A stretch of 64,000 nt of DNA from Craspedostauros australis (Eukaryota), in the NCBI GenBank assembly GCA_030167865.1, contig JALAGF010006287.1:62001-126000 (forward strand), written 5' to 3'. Numbering within the stretch: position 1 is the first letter of the stretch; each line of letters starts with the position of its first letter. Made by a program: the position numbers and the translations under genes. Below are positions 9,720 to 22,113 of this stretch, piece after piece. The notes below the pieces were generated by a model. The model was not told the origin of the DNA, ran no database searches, and saw nothing but the letters and a program-made list of their open reading frames with translations.

Positions 9720-12043
9720 ATGTCGACCGCGCAATCCGAGATCTCGCTGAAGTCTTCGCAGCTGAAGGCCGTGTACCGGATGCTCGCCTTCAACGAGGAG
9801 GCTGGGACGTACGAGAACGAGTTCTCCCTGCCACCGGCCGGATCATCGCACAACCAGTGGAAGATCCTGATCTACGATGCCGCCTGCCGTTCCATCATCA
9901 GCCCGCTGCTGTCTGTGTCGCAGCTCAGGCGCAGGGGCGTCACGCTGCATCTGCTGCTCAACAGCGACCGCGAGCCCATCCCGGACGTCCCGGCCGTGTA
10001 CTTCTGCAAGCCCACGAAGGAGAACCTCGCCATCATCGCGAAGGACTGCGCCAAGGGCTTGTACGGACGCACGCACGTCAACTTCGTCACCAAGCTCGAG
10101 CGCAACCTCATGGAGGAGTTTGCCAAGCTGGTGGTGCAGACGGGGTCGTTGGAGAGCGTGGCGGGTCTGCACGATCAGTACCTAGACTTTGTGTGCCTCG
10201 AGAAGCATCTCTTCAGTCTGCACAAGAAGAATTCATACGCCTTGTACAACGGATCCGGAGCCAACGAGCACCAGATCGAGTCAGCCATGACGGAAATTGC
10301 GTACGGCCTCTTCAGCGTCATCGCCACCATGGGAAAGGTGCCCTTCATTCGCTGTCCAAAGGTATGTCGGGCTCTGGCGTGGAGTCAAGCCATCCATCGA
10401 ATTGCATTGCGTTGCACTGCGCTGCACTGCCTTGCTGTGTACTGTTGTGCAATGCGAAAGGAGCCAAAGTTGAAGCATTGTCAGTCTTCTCAATGCTGTT
10501 GCCACATCTGGATGTGAAGGCATGGCACAGACTGCCGGTGTTGTGGGTGCCTACTTGCTTACTGGCTTACTGGCTTACTGGCTTATTACTAGTATTTTGT
10601 CAAGTCAAGCACTCACAGCTTTGTTTTGCATTCCACACCGCTTTTGCACTCACACACGCATACACGTGTACAATCCATATTCACGCCCATGCACTACGTT
10701 ATGCCATGCTACGAACACCGCAGGGCGGAGCTCCAGAGATGGTTGCGCGCAAGCTCAACCGCATGATCGCCGAGCATCCAACTCTCCTGCGCAACAAATC
10801 CAGTCTGCACAGACCGCTGCTAGTCATCTTGGACCGCAATGCCGATCTCATCACCCCCGTGCAGCACACCTCGACGTACCAGGCGCTCATCGACGACATG
10901 CTCACGCACAATGCCAACCGCGTGGAGTTCAACATCACGGACGAAACATCCAAACGACCAAAGACGATGCTGAAGAAGTTCGACCTCGACCCTGATGCGG
11001 ACCCATTCTACGCGCGCCACAAATTCCACCCCTTCCCAGAGGCCATCGAGAGCAACGGTGTTGACTTGCAGGACGTCACGGAGAAGGAGCAGTCCATCCG
11101 AAGCAAGGCGGCTGGCAACGCGGGTGCAAATCCTGATCCGATGGCATCGTCCGCGACTGATCTGGCCAACGCCGTTGATTCGTTGCCAGCGCTCTTGGAC
11201 AGAAAGAAGCAGCTTGAGGTCCACACCAGCATCCTGCAGGCCGTCATGAATCAGGTTGCGGCGCGTGATGTGCCACAGTTCTACGAACTCGAAACTTCCC
11301 TGGCGTCGGGATCTTACAAGAACAATGTGGCGGGAGCGAAGAAGGAGGTGCTGGGGCTTGCATCCGACCCGAGCAAGGGAAATGTCGCCGACAAGCTTCG
11401 GTTGGTCGTCGTGTACGTGCTGACCACGAACGCGAAGTCGGCCGACGTGGAGGAAGTGACGGCCGCTGTGCAAACTGCAATGGACACACCCACGGATGCT
11501 GGCAAGCCACGCATGGACAAGGCCGACAAGGAGATCCTGGCCACTGGGCTGAAGGCGATCGGATACCTGAAACAGCTGAGGGCGATGCACATGCTGCCCA
11601 TGTCATCGACGTTCCAGGAGATGGAATCATCGGGTGGCAAGGCCAGCTCTGACATCCTGTCGAGCTTCATGGCGAAGGCGACCACGCAGGCCACCGGTCT
11701 TCTGGCGAAGGCGACCGACAAGGTCACATCGATGCTGGGCAAAATCCACAAGCACTATGCCACACGCGTGGTGGAAAATCTCTGCGAGATGAAGCCTGGC
11801 ACCGAGGACGACGACTTCCTCTATCTCGATCCCAAGGTGCGAGGCGACGTGGACGTAGTGAAGCTCCGCATGATGCAGAGGTCGCCCGTGCGAGAAGTCA
11901 TTGCCTTCGTGATCGGTGGAGGATGCTATGCGGAGTACCAGAATCTTCAAATGGCGGCAAACGAACGACGAAGCGTCAGCTACGGAAGCACGGAGCTCGT
12001 TGATGCCGGCGAGTTCCTTGCGCAGTTGGGTGCCCTTGGTTAA
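9720..12043 (+). CDS. SLY1: Sec1/Munc18 family protein SLY1/SCFD1 (2 exons)
   Basis: Motifs WKILIYD, IISPLLSVSQLRRRGVTLHLLL..DREPIPDVPAVYF, RPLLVILDRN.DL, TYQALI, SLPAL..RK...EVH, IAFVIGGG.Y.EYQNL, YGSTEL. Exons 9720-10361 (donor GTATGT) and 10724-12043 (acceptor CAG), phase 0. Confidence 0.95.
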
Positions 12044-12391
12044 ATTACAGCACAACACTACATACTCGTACATGTGCCCGTGCTCCAATCGCATCTTGTG
12101 TCAAAGGCAGCCAGGCGTTGATGCGATGCTACTATGCATCTACAACCTTGCAATCAAACTGGACGTACCAGTAGGAGTTGTGTATCACACAACTCCGAGG
12201 GGAGATGTCGCAGGAACATTGACAGCTGTGGTGCAAGTGGCACAATAACATAGATAACGATCACAGCCTGCACGACGATTGCACCCTCACGCCAAGAACA
12301 AGCGCAACTCTGGATGATGTGTTGCGCATAGTTGCTTGTTGTCTCACGACTGAGAATAGTACGGATACCACGAGCTACTAGTATGCTGCTT

Positions 12392-14296
12392 TTACAAAAT
12401 GAGCTCCTTCTTCATGCTCTGGCTGGCCTGCATGACGTGTTCGCGTGCCCACGCATCGCAGCTCAGGATGTCATCGAGAGTGACATCGGTCTTCTTGAGA
12501 TCGTCCTTGTGCGCCTCCATCGCGCCCTCGATGAGCTTTGGAATGTCGAGGAATCCCAAACCGACATCCTCGCGGAACATCTCGTTGGCGGCCTCGTTGG
12601 CTGCGTTGAGCACGGCGGTCATGGTACCTCCAGCGCGTCCGGCCTCGTAGGCGAGCGCGATGCAGGGGTACTTTTCGTGATCCGGCTTCATGAAGGTCAT
12701 TTTCGACACCTCGGCCAGATCCAGCGGCTTGTACGGCATCTTCAATCGGTGTGGCCATGACACGGAGTACACGAGCGGCAATCTCATGTCGGCCCATCCC
12801 ATCTGGGCTATGCAGGAGGTGTCCTGTGTCTCGACCATGGAATGCACGATGGATTGAGGGTGGATGACGACGTCGATGTCATCGTAGCTTGCACCGAACA
12901 AGTAGTGCGCCTCGATAACCTGTAGTATTTGTTGGTTGATGATGATGATTACGACGATTCATTGCGCGAGAAATGATGGGTGTTTGCCAAGCAAATGGAA
13001 ATATTTGACAAGGAATGACGATGGTCACAATCGCGGGTCAACAGTGTGAGATCAATATCAACTCAATATGGGTAGTGTCTTGCATGTCCATCATCAGTGT
13101 TGCTGTTGCTGTGGTCGTTGGTGTTGACATGGTTGTGGGATGAGGAAAGTCACACAAAGCCATGGGAAGATGGTGCGACGAGGGAAACATGGCACCATGG
13201 CCGCGGCATTCCATCTGCATTTCCATTTCAAGTGTGTTCCAGCCAGCCAGCCAGCCAACCCATTCATTCATTCATGCATTGCATCCGCAATTCATTTGAA
13301 GCAAACACTTCTCATCTGCAGAAAGACGATGATGACACTTGAATTGATGCAATTTGACGCAATGTGACACGATGTAATGCATACCTCCAGACCCTTGTTC
13401 ATCATGGTGGCACTGTCGAGGGTGATCTTGGCACCCATATCCCAGTTGGGATGCGTGGTGGCCTTGGCCTGGACGGCGCGTGGGTCCTCCTCACACATCT
13501 TGAAGAGCTCGTCCTTGGTGAGGTCACGGAAGGCACCGCCGGACGCCGTGAGAATGACACGTCGCAGGCCGCCTTCTGGTACGCCTTGCAGGCACTGGAA
13601 GATAGCGCTGTGCTCGCTGTCGGCCGGCAGCATGTTGACGCCGTACTCTTCCACGAGAGGGTTGATGACCGGTCCTCCGCTGATGAGGGTCTCCTTGTTG
13701 GCCAACGCGATGTCCTTCTTGAGCTTGATGGCCTCGATGGTTGGCTTCAATCCGGCCGCGCCCACGATGCCGGTGACGACTGTGTCGGCCGAATCGATGG
13801 TGGAGCATGCCAGGATGCCGTCATCGCCGTGCAGAATCTCCGGCATTTCCTTGCAGTTGGCGGCGACGAGACGTTCCTTCAATTCCGCCGCGGCTTCCGG
13901 TGTCGACAGCGACGCGACCTTTGGCTTGTACTTGAGGACCTGCTCGGCCATGAGCTCAGCGTTGGCACCGGCCGACAGAGCGTCGACGACGAAGTTGTCA
14001 GGGCAGGCATCCACGATGTCCAAGGTCTGCGTTCCGATGCTTCCCGTGGAACCCAGAAGGGAGAGTCGCTTTTGGAAGTTGGCGCCCTCCAGGGACTTGT
14101 TCAGGGTCTTTCGCAGCGACGCCTCGGAGTTGACTGGTGCGGACGGGTCGATCCATCCTTCGCCGGTGCCGAGGCTGCCGGAGACCATGGCGGACAGTGC
14201 GGAGGCGGCGGCATTGTTGTTGCTGTTGATGGATGATGGGGTGAACGCAGCAACATTTCCAGCCACGAGGCAGGCGATGGCGATGGATAGCTTCAT
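12392..14296 (-). CDS. DXR: 1-deoxy-D-xylulose-5-phosphate reductoisomerase, plastid MEP pathway (2 exons)
   Basis: Signal peptide plus AAF motif. Motifs [92 protein letters not shown]. Exons 14296-13385 and 12919-12392, phase 0. Confidence 0.98.
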
Positions 14297-15224
14297 GTTG
14301 ACAGATGGAATCGGATGTTATTCTTCACAAATGAGATGGTCTTTGTTGCTGTTCTTGTTGTTCTTGTGACTGTTCGTGGAGTTGAATTGGATGCTCTCGG
14401 GAACGACGGATGGGTTGAGTTGATTGCGTGTTGTTGGTTTTGATGGTGCGTAGTCGTGTCTTGTCTCGTCAACATCGAGGTGCGTGACGACGTTTGTTTG
14501 TGGCGGGCATTTTCTCGCCTCTCGACAAGAACAGAAAACGTCACGCAACAGAACAAAACAGGGCGAGATTCGCGTCTTGGTTGAACTTGTTCGATCGCTT
14601 GAATCGATGCAGTCGATCGTTTTAATCCATCGAGTCAGAAACAGAATACAGACAATTTGAGTACCTTCGCTGTTTCCGGAAAGTGGCCACGTTGTGACGA
14701 ACAACAGCACTTTGATACCGTTTGCGCCCACGATCAACAAGGAACGCCGACTCGGAATCATGGAAGATCATGTTTGTTCCTCCACGCCCTCGTTGCGGTA
14801 GTGAAGGAGACAACTTCCCCCTTCTCGTCTTTCGTTGCGGTTGGAGACAAACAAGGAACAAGAACACCATGGCGGACACATTCGACGCTCACAACACCAA
14901 CACAGAGGAAGACTGCTCGCACCCTGACCTGCAATGCGAGCAAAGCATGGGAACGCCATACATACAACCTACTCGCAGAGCAACAAGAGACCAAACGCGA
15001 AGCAATCAATCCCAACATATCGTAGCACTCGAATTGGGACAAAGTGTAGCGGAGTGTGGAGAGGCTGGAAGCATCTGTTGCTGTTGAAGGTGGCATTCCC
15101 CTCTCGGTGAAGGGAGGGTGCGAGTATAGTAGAGTGTGGGATCAGACACAAGTTCGGGAGAGACATTGGCGGCAACAGCAACAGCAACAGCTGAGGAGCA
15201 GCACAGCATCAACAGACAAACAAG

Positions 15225-17168
15225 ATGACGAAGGAACACAGGTACTCGGAACCTCCCAGGAGAGGCGCCACCACGAACATGTTTGCGACTGATGACGGCT
15301 GCGACGACTGTGAGGACCAAAGTGACAGAACAAAGCAGCGACCAAATGGAAACGAAAGAGAAAGACAGGCCTCTGTATCCACATCAACGAGCAACCGTCG
15401 GAGAAATGGGAATGCCAACATGAACAGGCGCGCAAACGAGAGGAGCGCAAAGAAGCAGAGCGGTCGCAGCACGGGCACAAGATCACAAGCCAAACCATCT
15501 GCAGCCAAGGAACACATCGCTTCCTACATCCCACAATACCTGCGCCGTTACATCACACCTCATCATGGAGACTTCTGCTACTCCGGGATGTTCCATCATC
15601 GCCTGATTGCTCAGTGCATGGCGGAGGGATTCCTTCCGATCGCGACGGAAAAGCTCCTGCTTCCCAAGCTGCACCAGCAAAGGTGCGTCATCCCGCTGCC
15701 GAATGCGTTGCATGTTTCGAAGTCCGTACGCAAGAAGAGCAAGCGATTCGCCATAACCATCAACCAGGAGTTCGGTCGTGTCGTTGAGGGGTGCAGACAA
15801 CGCCATGGTGGCCATTGTTGGCTCTATCCTCCATTGGTGGAGGCCTATCAGACTATCTTGGAACAAGGCAGCATTGACGCCGTCGTTTTGGATGATTCCA
15901 GTCCGCCGGCAACAACGGAACAGCAGCAGCAGCAGCCACAACCGCAGTCACAACCGCAGTCACAGTCACCGTCACATTCGACGCTATCATCGACGTCAAC
16001 GTCAATTTCAGCATTGTCAGGAAACATCAACGCAAGCGTTACATCACAGCAACCTCAAGTTCAGTCCCCATCGAAGGCAACAACGCGAAAAAGCAGGCTG
16101 TTGGCACTTTGGGACAGCACAACGTCGTCGTCGTCGTCATCATCATCGTCATCATCTCGCCGACAAGCCAGCGCCAGTCAACGCAAGCAGGAAAGTGCGC
16201 CCAGGCATCGGTGTCAAGCGGTTTGCCCTGTCAGAATGTATTCAATTGAGGTTTGGGATGTTACCACCGGTGCATTGGCAGGTGGTGAGCTCGGCTACAG
16301 CGTTGGTTCCATCTACACCTCGCTCACGGGGTTTTCCTTCCAGGATAGCGCCGGTTCGGTGCAGCTGGCGGCATTGGGACGCATGCTGTGTCGCCACGGG
16401 TTCACGCTGTGGGACTTGGGGATGGAGATGGATTACAAAACTGGCCTGGGATCTATCCTCATGCCGCGCAAGGACTTTGTCCAACATGTCCACGATGTGA
16501 GATGCGCCAACAGTGATCGTGTTCTGCCGAACTACTCGACGCCGATGAGTGCGAAGGAGCTCATTGATCTTGATCTCATCCAAAGCACTGAGAATGGATC
16601 GCAACAACACCAAGCAGACACGAGTGCGCAGTCGCAATCGCAATCGCTACATCATGGACAGAACCCAGGCCAGAACATAAAAGGCGATCAACCCATGAGC
16701 AAGAATCAGCTGAAGAAATTGCGAAAGCTACAAATGAAGCAACAAAATAAGGAGAAAAAGCAACAGGAGCGGAATGGATCGGCGACAACCACTACCTGCA
16801 GCAATGTTGCTGGTTCTGGCCCCACTGTCAACAAATTGGAAAACATCATGGCGCAATTTGGAAACGGAGGCGCGGATCAGCACGAAGACATCTCCGTCCA
16901 AACATCAACCGACCTTTCATCACAAGTGACGCAGACGGCTTCTCCTTCATCCAGCGCACCTTCCGGTCAGAGATTGTCCTCATCGTCGAAGCACAAACAC
17001 GACGACTGCAGCCGTTCGTCGATCAATCATTCCGAAGAATTCGACGTGGGCGTCGCCGATCGGGACAGCGTCCACGAGAACAAGAAGATGCGAAATTCAG
17101 AAACGTCCCTGGTGTCGTCCATCATGACCGTCCGTCTCTCCTTGCAGGAAGACCAGTTTGTCGAGTAA
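15225..17168 (+). CDS. Leucyl/phenylalanyl-tRNA--protein transferase (Aat/ATEL1-like) homologue with low-complexity extensions
   Basis: Motifs LLPKLHQQRC, HVSKSVRK, INQEF..VVEGC, CWLYPPL, SIEVW, LAGGELGY.VG..YTSLTGF, AGSVQLAAL, LWDLGM.MDYK. Confidence 0.85.
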   Translation: MTKEHRYSEPPRRGATTNMFATDDGCDDCEDQSDRTKQRPNGNERERQASVSTSTSNRRRNGNANMNRRANERSAKKQSGRSTGTRSQAKPSAAKEHIASYIPQYLRRYITPHHGDFCYSGMFHHRLIAQCMAEGFLPIATEKLLLPKLHQQRCVIPLPNALHVSKSVRKKSKRFAITINQEFGRVVEGCRQRHGGHCWLYPPLVEAYQTILEQGSIDAVVLDDSSPPATTEQQQQQPQPQSQPQSQSPSHSTLSSTSTSISALSGNINASVTSQQPQVQSPSKATTRKSRLLALWDSTTSSSSSSSSSSSRRQASASQRKQESAPRHRCQAVCPVRMYSIEVWDVTTGALAGGELGYSVGSIYTSLTGFSFQDSAGSVQLAALGRMLCRHGFTLWDLGMEMDYKTGLGSILMPRKDFVQHVHDVRCANSDRVLPNYSTPMSAKELIDLDLIQSTENGSQQHQADTSAQSQSQSLHHGQNPGQNIKGDQPMSKNQLKKLRKLQMKQQNKEKKQQERNGSATTTTCSNVAGSGPTVNKLENIMAQFGNGGADQHEDISVQTSTDLSSQVTQTASPSSSAPSGQRLSSSSKHKHDDCSRSSINHSEEFDVGVADRDSVHENKKMRNSETSLVSSIMTVRLSLQEDQFVE

Positions 17169-17977
17169 GCGTGCAGATTACTCCATTGGAAATTGAGTGC
17201 TTTAGAGTCTGGAGAGAGAGAGAGAGAGAGTAACGTAGCATGTGGTGGCATTGTACCCTACGACTACAAGTATAGTACGATTGTTGACGCGGCGGTCCCA
17301 TCGTCTCTATCCCTCCGAAACGTGAAAATACACGCTCTCTCAGTCTTGTCTGAAACTGGCGCCACGTTTGGATTCACTCACGAAACACGATCTATTCCAT
17401 TCATAGTTGACTCAGACGAATCATACGCGTCCCAGACTTGTCGCATGCGACATGCGCGTTTGAAGTGAAGATTTGTGTCGCAGTCGTGACATCAACCAGA
17501 TTGGTATCCTGTGTTCTTGTGCCAAAACCCCAAAATCTGTACGACAACGAAGTTCTCTTTGTGTCTGGGAAGACCAACGCATCGTGATGACACACAGCGT
17601 CGCCATCTCTGCCTGTTGACGCCGCGAGTGTGCATGTCATGGGACGAGCAGGCCGTAGGTTGTGCCCCACGAAGACACATTGCAGATCTCTCATTCAGTT
17701 TACTGCCACGAGTACGGTGTTGATAGTGTTGTTCACCACTTGGCCATTCGTTGCTTCTCTTCAGTACACTCTCTCGTGCCACATACCAGCATTGCACATC
17801 ATCACTATCGAGCGCTCGTAGGAGAGCAAAGGAGCACTGGACACATTCAAGGGAGCCAACGTCAAAATACAACGTTCGCATGTTGAAGATCCATCCAAGG
17901 AAATTGAGAACATGATCATGGGGCAGCCAAACCACACTTTGCGTTCTGCGAGCCTCGGGACCATTAGTGGATCACAG

Positions 17978-20189
17978 ATGCGCATGGCAATGATGGCACT
18001 TACGGCGCTGCTCATCGCCAATGCCACTCCGGCACTTGCGCTGTCACCAGGCTCATCATTGGCATCGATACCGACGACAGCGACAGCATCAGATGCATCA
18101 GAAGCGATGATGACGATGGGAGCGATGAAAGACCCGAAGTCCCCATCACAGAGATATCTCAGAACGCAAACCTCTGCCCTGTTCCAGAGTCCCGGTAGAA
18201 CACAACAAGATGCACACGCTCGCCGTTCCCTCTCTGCCTTATCGGCGAGGTATCGTCGTCCGTATGAAGACGAGGACGACCGATACGATGGATACTCGTC
18301 AGGGATGCAACGCCAACGACAAGTGCGCCCCGATCGCCCGACAGCCACCATGATGCACTTTGATAGGCCTCCCGTCAGTCCGGCCAAGCCGAAGATCGTG
18401 GTTTTGGGAGCCACCGGTAGAATTGGGCGTCTGATCGTCAAGCAGCTGCTGTCGATGGACATGGACATGACCATTGTGGCACTAGCACGCAACTACGACA
18501 AGGCCATCAAGGTGCTGTCGGATGATCTGCTGGTATCCAATCAGCGGCGGCGCGGTCCCAAGCTGCAGATCGTCCAGGGCGATTTGGTTCCGCCTGAGGA
18601 GCTGCCTGGCTACGCGGACTACGATCCAGAGGAGGAAGCCGCATGGATGGAGAATGCCGATTCGGCCTCCAAGTTCTACGGCACGCAACGCGCAGAATAC
18701 GACAACCGCGAGATGATGCCGGATGTCAACGAGGCGCTGGAGTTTGCCATTAAGGATTGCACCACGATCATCAGCTCCGTGGGAAGCTGCCGACCGACGA
18801 ACCTGTGGACCGACTACTTGGCGCGCCCATTCCTGAGGGTCTTTCGCAAGGACGTCAGCAAATGGTGCAAGGATGGTCGGCATCCGTACTACGTGCACTA
18901 CGCATCCACCCGCAAGGCGTTGGGATACGCCGAACGTGAGCAATTGCGTCGTGAGGCGGCAGCGGCAGTCATTGCGGAAGAAGATCATCTGGAAGTTGAT
19001 GAGTACACGGTGCCCAGGATACGCTTCATTCGAATCTCCGACCTTTCGGTCGCGCATCGACCATGGCACCTTGTTCCCTTGGTGACGAACATGGTGCAGT
19101 CCTTGTCCATTCGGTATCACGAGATGGCGGAACAGTTATTGGAGCAAAGCACTGTGCTGGAGACGGTGTTGCTGCGTGCTGGCGACATCGTGGATGATGA
19201 ACGAGTGAGTGTCGATCGCCATCGCGAGCCAGGCCACATATCATCACGATGTATGCTGTTAAGTGATGGTGTGATTGTCGCTTTTGTGAAAAGAAGTGTA
19301 ATTGAGCAAGGTGATGGCGGGGGTTGAAGTGACGAACGAGACCGCAGGTTGCGGCACAAAAGAAGCGCTGCTCTATCATGCAGACCATACACTACTGGTA
19401 CTTATGCTGATATGGTATGGAACACCACGCGGCACACGCAACTCTATGAAGGCTGACCAGACTGATGCTGACCAAATTCTCCACTCTATTCTCATCGCTT
19501 CTCCGCCAACTAACCCACTAATCAACCGACAGAATGTCAACACGACGTCAGTGCAGGTTTCTCATTCAGGCAAGGTCTCATCACCATCAAGAATAAGCCG
19601 AGAAGATGTCGCTTCGGTTGCCATTGCATCCGTATTGTTCCAGTCCTCCAACGAGACGCTACTGGACAAATTCGAGCCATTCCACTACATGTTCGGCGTG
19701 CGCTGGGTGGGCGAAGACCTGCATCCCTACCCAGCCCAAGGCAAACGGACGGACGGGACGAAAGACGCCAGGCTAGCATTTACGAAAGCGTTGCTACGAC
19801 TGCACAAGGAATCGCACCGCAACAACCGACGTGATACGCTCATGCGCAGAAGACGACAGCTGTACATGAACGCGCGCGACGACGATGACTACGATGCCTA
19901 CTTTTCCGATGTTATTCTTCGGCTCAAGAACAAAATGGAGGCCAGCAAACGGCAGCTGCAACCGCACGGCCTGTGCGCTTCCATCCCGATCTACATACTG
20001 TTCGCTATGTGCATGCATGCAGTGATGCGGCCGTTGCTGCAATTCGTTCCGGGTTATCAGACGCACGTGATACCGGCGTTGGGGCGGGCTGGTGACAGTT
20101 TGCTTTTGAGAATGACGACCTTGGCGCAAGGGCTTGTGCAACATCTGCCGAAGTTTGCAAGGCGCAAGTTGCATTACATCTCCATTTGA
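17978..20189 (+). CDS. Atypical SDR / NAD(P)-binding Rossmann protein (TIC62/NmrA-like), probably plastid-targeted (2 exons)
   Basis: Hydrophobic signal MRMAMMALTALLIANATPALA. Motifs IVVLGATGRIGRLIV, ALARN, IVQGDL, LRAG, ISREDVASV. Exons 17978 (or 17912)-19204 (donor GTGAGT) and 19533-20189 (acceptor CAG), phase 0. There is a C-terminal hydrophobic segment. Confidence 0.85.
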
Positions 20190-20702
20190 TTGGCGCGCTT
20201 TGCGTGCCGTTGTTGACAAAGACACTCTGTTATTCGCATTCTCTGATAATGAACATAGTGGCAGATATTGCAAAGAGTAACAATGCCAATGCTCAATTGG
20301 AGCGCACTGCGAGTATTTGTATTGCTGCAGTGTGTGCCACTAGCAGCGTGTCGGCTTGTTTAAGATTATTATTATTATGTCTTGTTCCAACCGGCGGACT
20401 ACGAATGCGAAAGAATGGGTGCATTGATGCACATACATCGATGCAGCATGCATCTGTCTCTCCATCTTTCCATTCTTTCTTCCCTTCCTCCATGTGCGCA
20501 CACCCTGTATTCCTTAGTCTGATGGCGGTGGTGGTTGTTGCTTATTGGTTGCAACATTGTTCCCCTGGCATTGAGAGAGGGCGGCGCTACAACAGCACTC
20601 GCGCAGTGAATGGACTTGATCGATGTCTTCATTCCCAAACAGTACAAGTCAAGCCACCGATGGCGGGATAGATGAGTTGGCTTGGCTGATTGGATGCTGA
20701 GT

Positions 20703-21371
20703 TTAACCACCGAACTGCTGGTTCATCGCCTGCATCTGTTGCTGCTGTTGTAACTGCGCTTCGTTGGCCTTTTGGAGGATGGCGCCCACCAACTGTTGGC
20801 TGTCCAAGTACTTTGCGACGCAACGATCTGCAAAAGGAGGAATAACAACAGAAAGTTGTTTGTTGTTTTCATGCCGCAAAAAGAAATATTGCAGAATTCA
20901 ATGGAATGGAAAGGGTGAGAGGTTGCGTTCCTGTTCATGTCATGTGAGAGGACGGCGGGAATCGGAAGATGCTCTGGTCTGCTTGTCTGTTGTGTTCTGT
21001 TGTCTTCTGTTCTGCAGAACTTCACGGCCACTGCCACATCAAGAACATATCCAGGACAACACAACACAACACAACGGAACACAACCAGACAGATCACTCG
21101 CATCAATCGATCAATATCTCATCGTTTGTCATGATCTCACACTTCCATGGAAGACGCTGCGACGTGATGAGCAACATTCCAACTCACCAGTGCAAGCCAT
21201 CTCCCCAAGCGTCAAGTCTTGATCACGGTGTCTTCGCGAGGAACATTTCTGGAAGCACGACGACGAGATCTTGTTGAACAGATCTGTGTACATTTCCACC
21301 TCCGTCTTCGCCGCAAAGATCGGGTCCGGTCCCTGCGGCTGCTGTGGCTGTCCTCCTCCGAAGAAACTCAT
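20703..21371 (-). CDS. TIM10: Mitochondrial intermembrane-space small TIM chaperone Tim10 (2 exons, about 102 aa)
   Basis: Spliced product MSFFGG...AAKTEVEMYTDLFNKISSSCFQKC...DLTLGEMACT|DRCVAKYLDSQQLVG...FGG* carries the twin CX3C motif. Exons 21371-21188 (donor GTGAGT) and 20827-20703 (acceptor CAG). Confidence 0.93.
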
Positions 21372-22113
21372 GGCTGCCGTCGCAATTGTGCTTGTGCAAT
21401 CGTATTTTGCAGGTTGTATGGAGCAGACTTGATTATCTGCGCGTCTTCTATTGGATCTCCTTGTTGGCTCTGGTGCTTGGACGATGGGATGCTCTGTCGT
21501 GATGTCAATGTTGACGATGGCAACTTCTTCAGCGGTGGTCGCGTCGCGTGGCGTCGTGCCACTTCGTGTGTTGTCGCCAGTGATGACAACGAGCGCGGTT
21601 GTGGTTTGCAACCTTTCTCGTTTGGTGTCTTCTTTGTCCACGATTTTGGTGGGAGGTTTGGCGGCAGAACCGTAATGATGGCCAGGCGGTCTTGATGATG
21701 GACTCATCGACTCGACTGACTCAAAACAGTTGCGTTCGACTAAGCCAATCGATCGGGTCAAATAACTCGTGGATCTTTTGTGTTCTTCCAAAAAATCCGC
21801 AGAGACATTCCTGTTGTGCACAAGCGCAAGCTTCGAGCGTGTTTGCTGTTTGTTCTTGTTGAGAATCATCGCGTTGCCACGAACGCCTGCCGTTTCGTCG
21901 GCCTTCGCCACCCAAGACGGCGAAGATCACGAGAGATGTCCATCGCGCGAACAAGGAGTGGGATTCCATGCGCACACGTATGGCAACTCGCACACAGTGG
22001 ACAACATTTGCGACCATCTCCAGCACCCGTGACATTCGCAATAAAGCATAATAGCACCAGTTGCATCAGCAATTGCGGTCCTTTGAACAGGCAAGCGAGT
22101 GAAGGAGACAACG

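Noticed and set aside
9632..10723. N-terminal part of the 803-aa ORF
   Set aside because: Off-frame exon 1 plus intron sequence; the real SLY1 starts at 9720 and is spliced.
13364..14369. Plus-strand ORFs over DXR
   Set aside because: Antisense shadows.
21372..21911. N-terminal extension of the ORF containing TIM10 exon 1
   Set aside because: Small Tims are about 100 aa; this is probably shared promoter/UTR that is open by chance.
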